In this document: positions 63,495-64,000 of the stretch, in pieces
Layout: each line of letters begins with the position of its first letter
How positions within the stretch are numbered: position 1 is the first letter of the stretch
NCBI RefSeq assembly: GCF_006345805.1
Contig: NW_021833444.1
Span: 1-64,000, forward strand
DNA: 64,000 bases
Direction of reading: 5' to 3'
Source of the DNA: Octopus sinensis
Lineage: Eukaryota
The notes under the pieces: model-generated
Databases searched by the model: none
What the model was told of the DNA's origin: nothing
The model's input: the letters and a program-made list of their open reading frames with translations, nothing else
Position numbers and translations under genes: made by a program

Positions 63495-64000
63495 CTGTGT
63501 GTGTGTGTCTCTGTGTGTGTGTGTCTGTGTGTGTGTGTGTGTGGTCTGTGCGTGTGTGTGTGTCTGTGTGTGTGTGTGTGTGTGTGTGTTTGTGTGTGGG
63601 TGTGTGTCTCTGTGTGTGTGTGTGTTTTGTATATCCAGGTCACGGTTCTCTGCTCAGAAAATCTCTTGACAAAACTTTTAAATAGCTTCCCTGTTGTGTC
63701 TTTCAAAAAATATTTATAAAGCACTTCTATCTGACACAATCCATCATGAAAACTTTATTACAAAAATACATACACACACACACACACACACACACCACAA
63801 TTGTTGGCTTAAATGTATAGATACATTCCTCATTAAATTGCTGTACTGACACAAATCACTGTGAGTAATGCTAACAAATCCTTGTTAACATATACGTAAT
63901 TTGCCAATTTTATATAAATTTTCTCATTTATAATTTCTTTTATCGCTACTTCGATTTGAGTTTTCTGTTATATCCGTCTTCTTTTTTTAAATGTTTGTCA
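63135..64000. repeat. Long inverted repeat (63135-63458 versus 63661-64000+) around a (GT)-rich spacer
   Basis: The arms are reverse complements with scattered substitutions. The right arm reaches the window edge. Confidence 0.85.

Noticed and set aside
57940-64000. Upstream Mib-Herc2 or ZZ zinc-finger exons of the MIB2-like gene
   Set aside because: Searched by eye on the minus strand and found only hAT, SINE, microsatellite and inverted-repeat sequence. Exons beyond the window cannot be excluded.

Overview
Eukaryotic, AT-rich, repeat-dense genomic DNA. The mix of (TA)n/(ACAT)n/(TAA)n/(AGAT)n microsatellites and tRNA-derived SINEs suggests an octopus or other coleoid cephalopod (inference). 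One protein-coding gene spans the minus strand. It is a Mind bomb (MIB2-like) ankyrin/RING E3 ubiquitin ligase, which I assembled by hand into 16 phase-compatible GT-AG coding exons (57914 to 22149, 2325 nt, 774 aa). It differs from canonical MIB proteins in two ways. Translation appears to start at the first Mib repeat, behind an in-frame stop, so the Mib-Herc2/ZZ/Mib-Herc2 (MZM) region is missing. It also has three Mib repeats rather than two, apparently from duplication of a three-exon module. The rest is transposon debris: RTE, CR1-like, L1/Tx1-like and R4/Dong-like LINEs, Gypsy, two mariners, hAT, Helitron-like, Penelope-like elements and SINEs. The most notable non-coding signal is a set of minimal type I hammerhead ribozyme motifs. 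Four identical copies sit in a 480-bp tandem/inverted array at 6848-8839 that resembles a retrozyme or Penelope pseudo-LTR array. Other copies lie near a Penelope GIY-YIG remnant and inside a 2.5-kb intronic palindrome. All calls come from reading the sequence by eye; no database searches or RNA folding programs were run.
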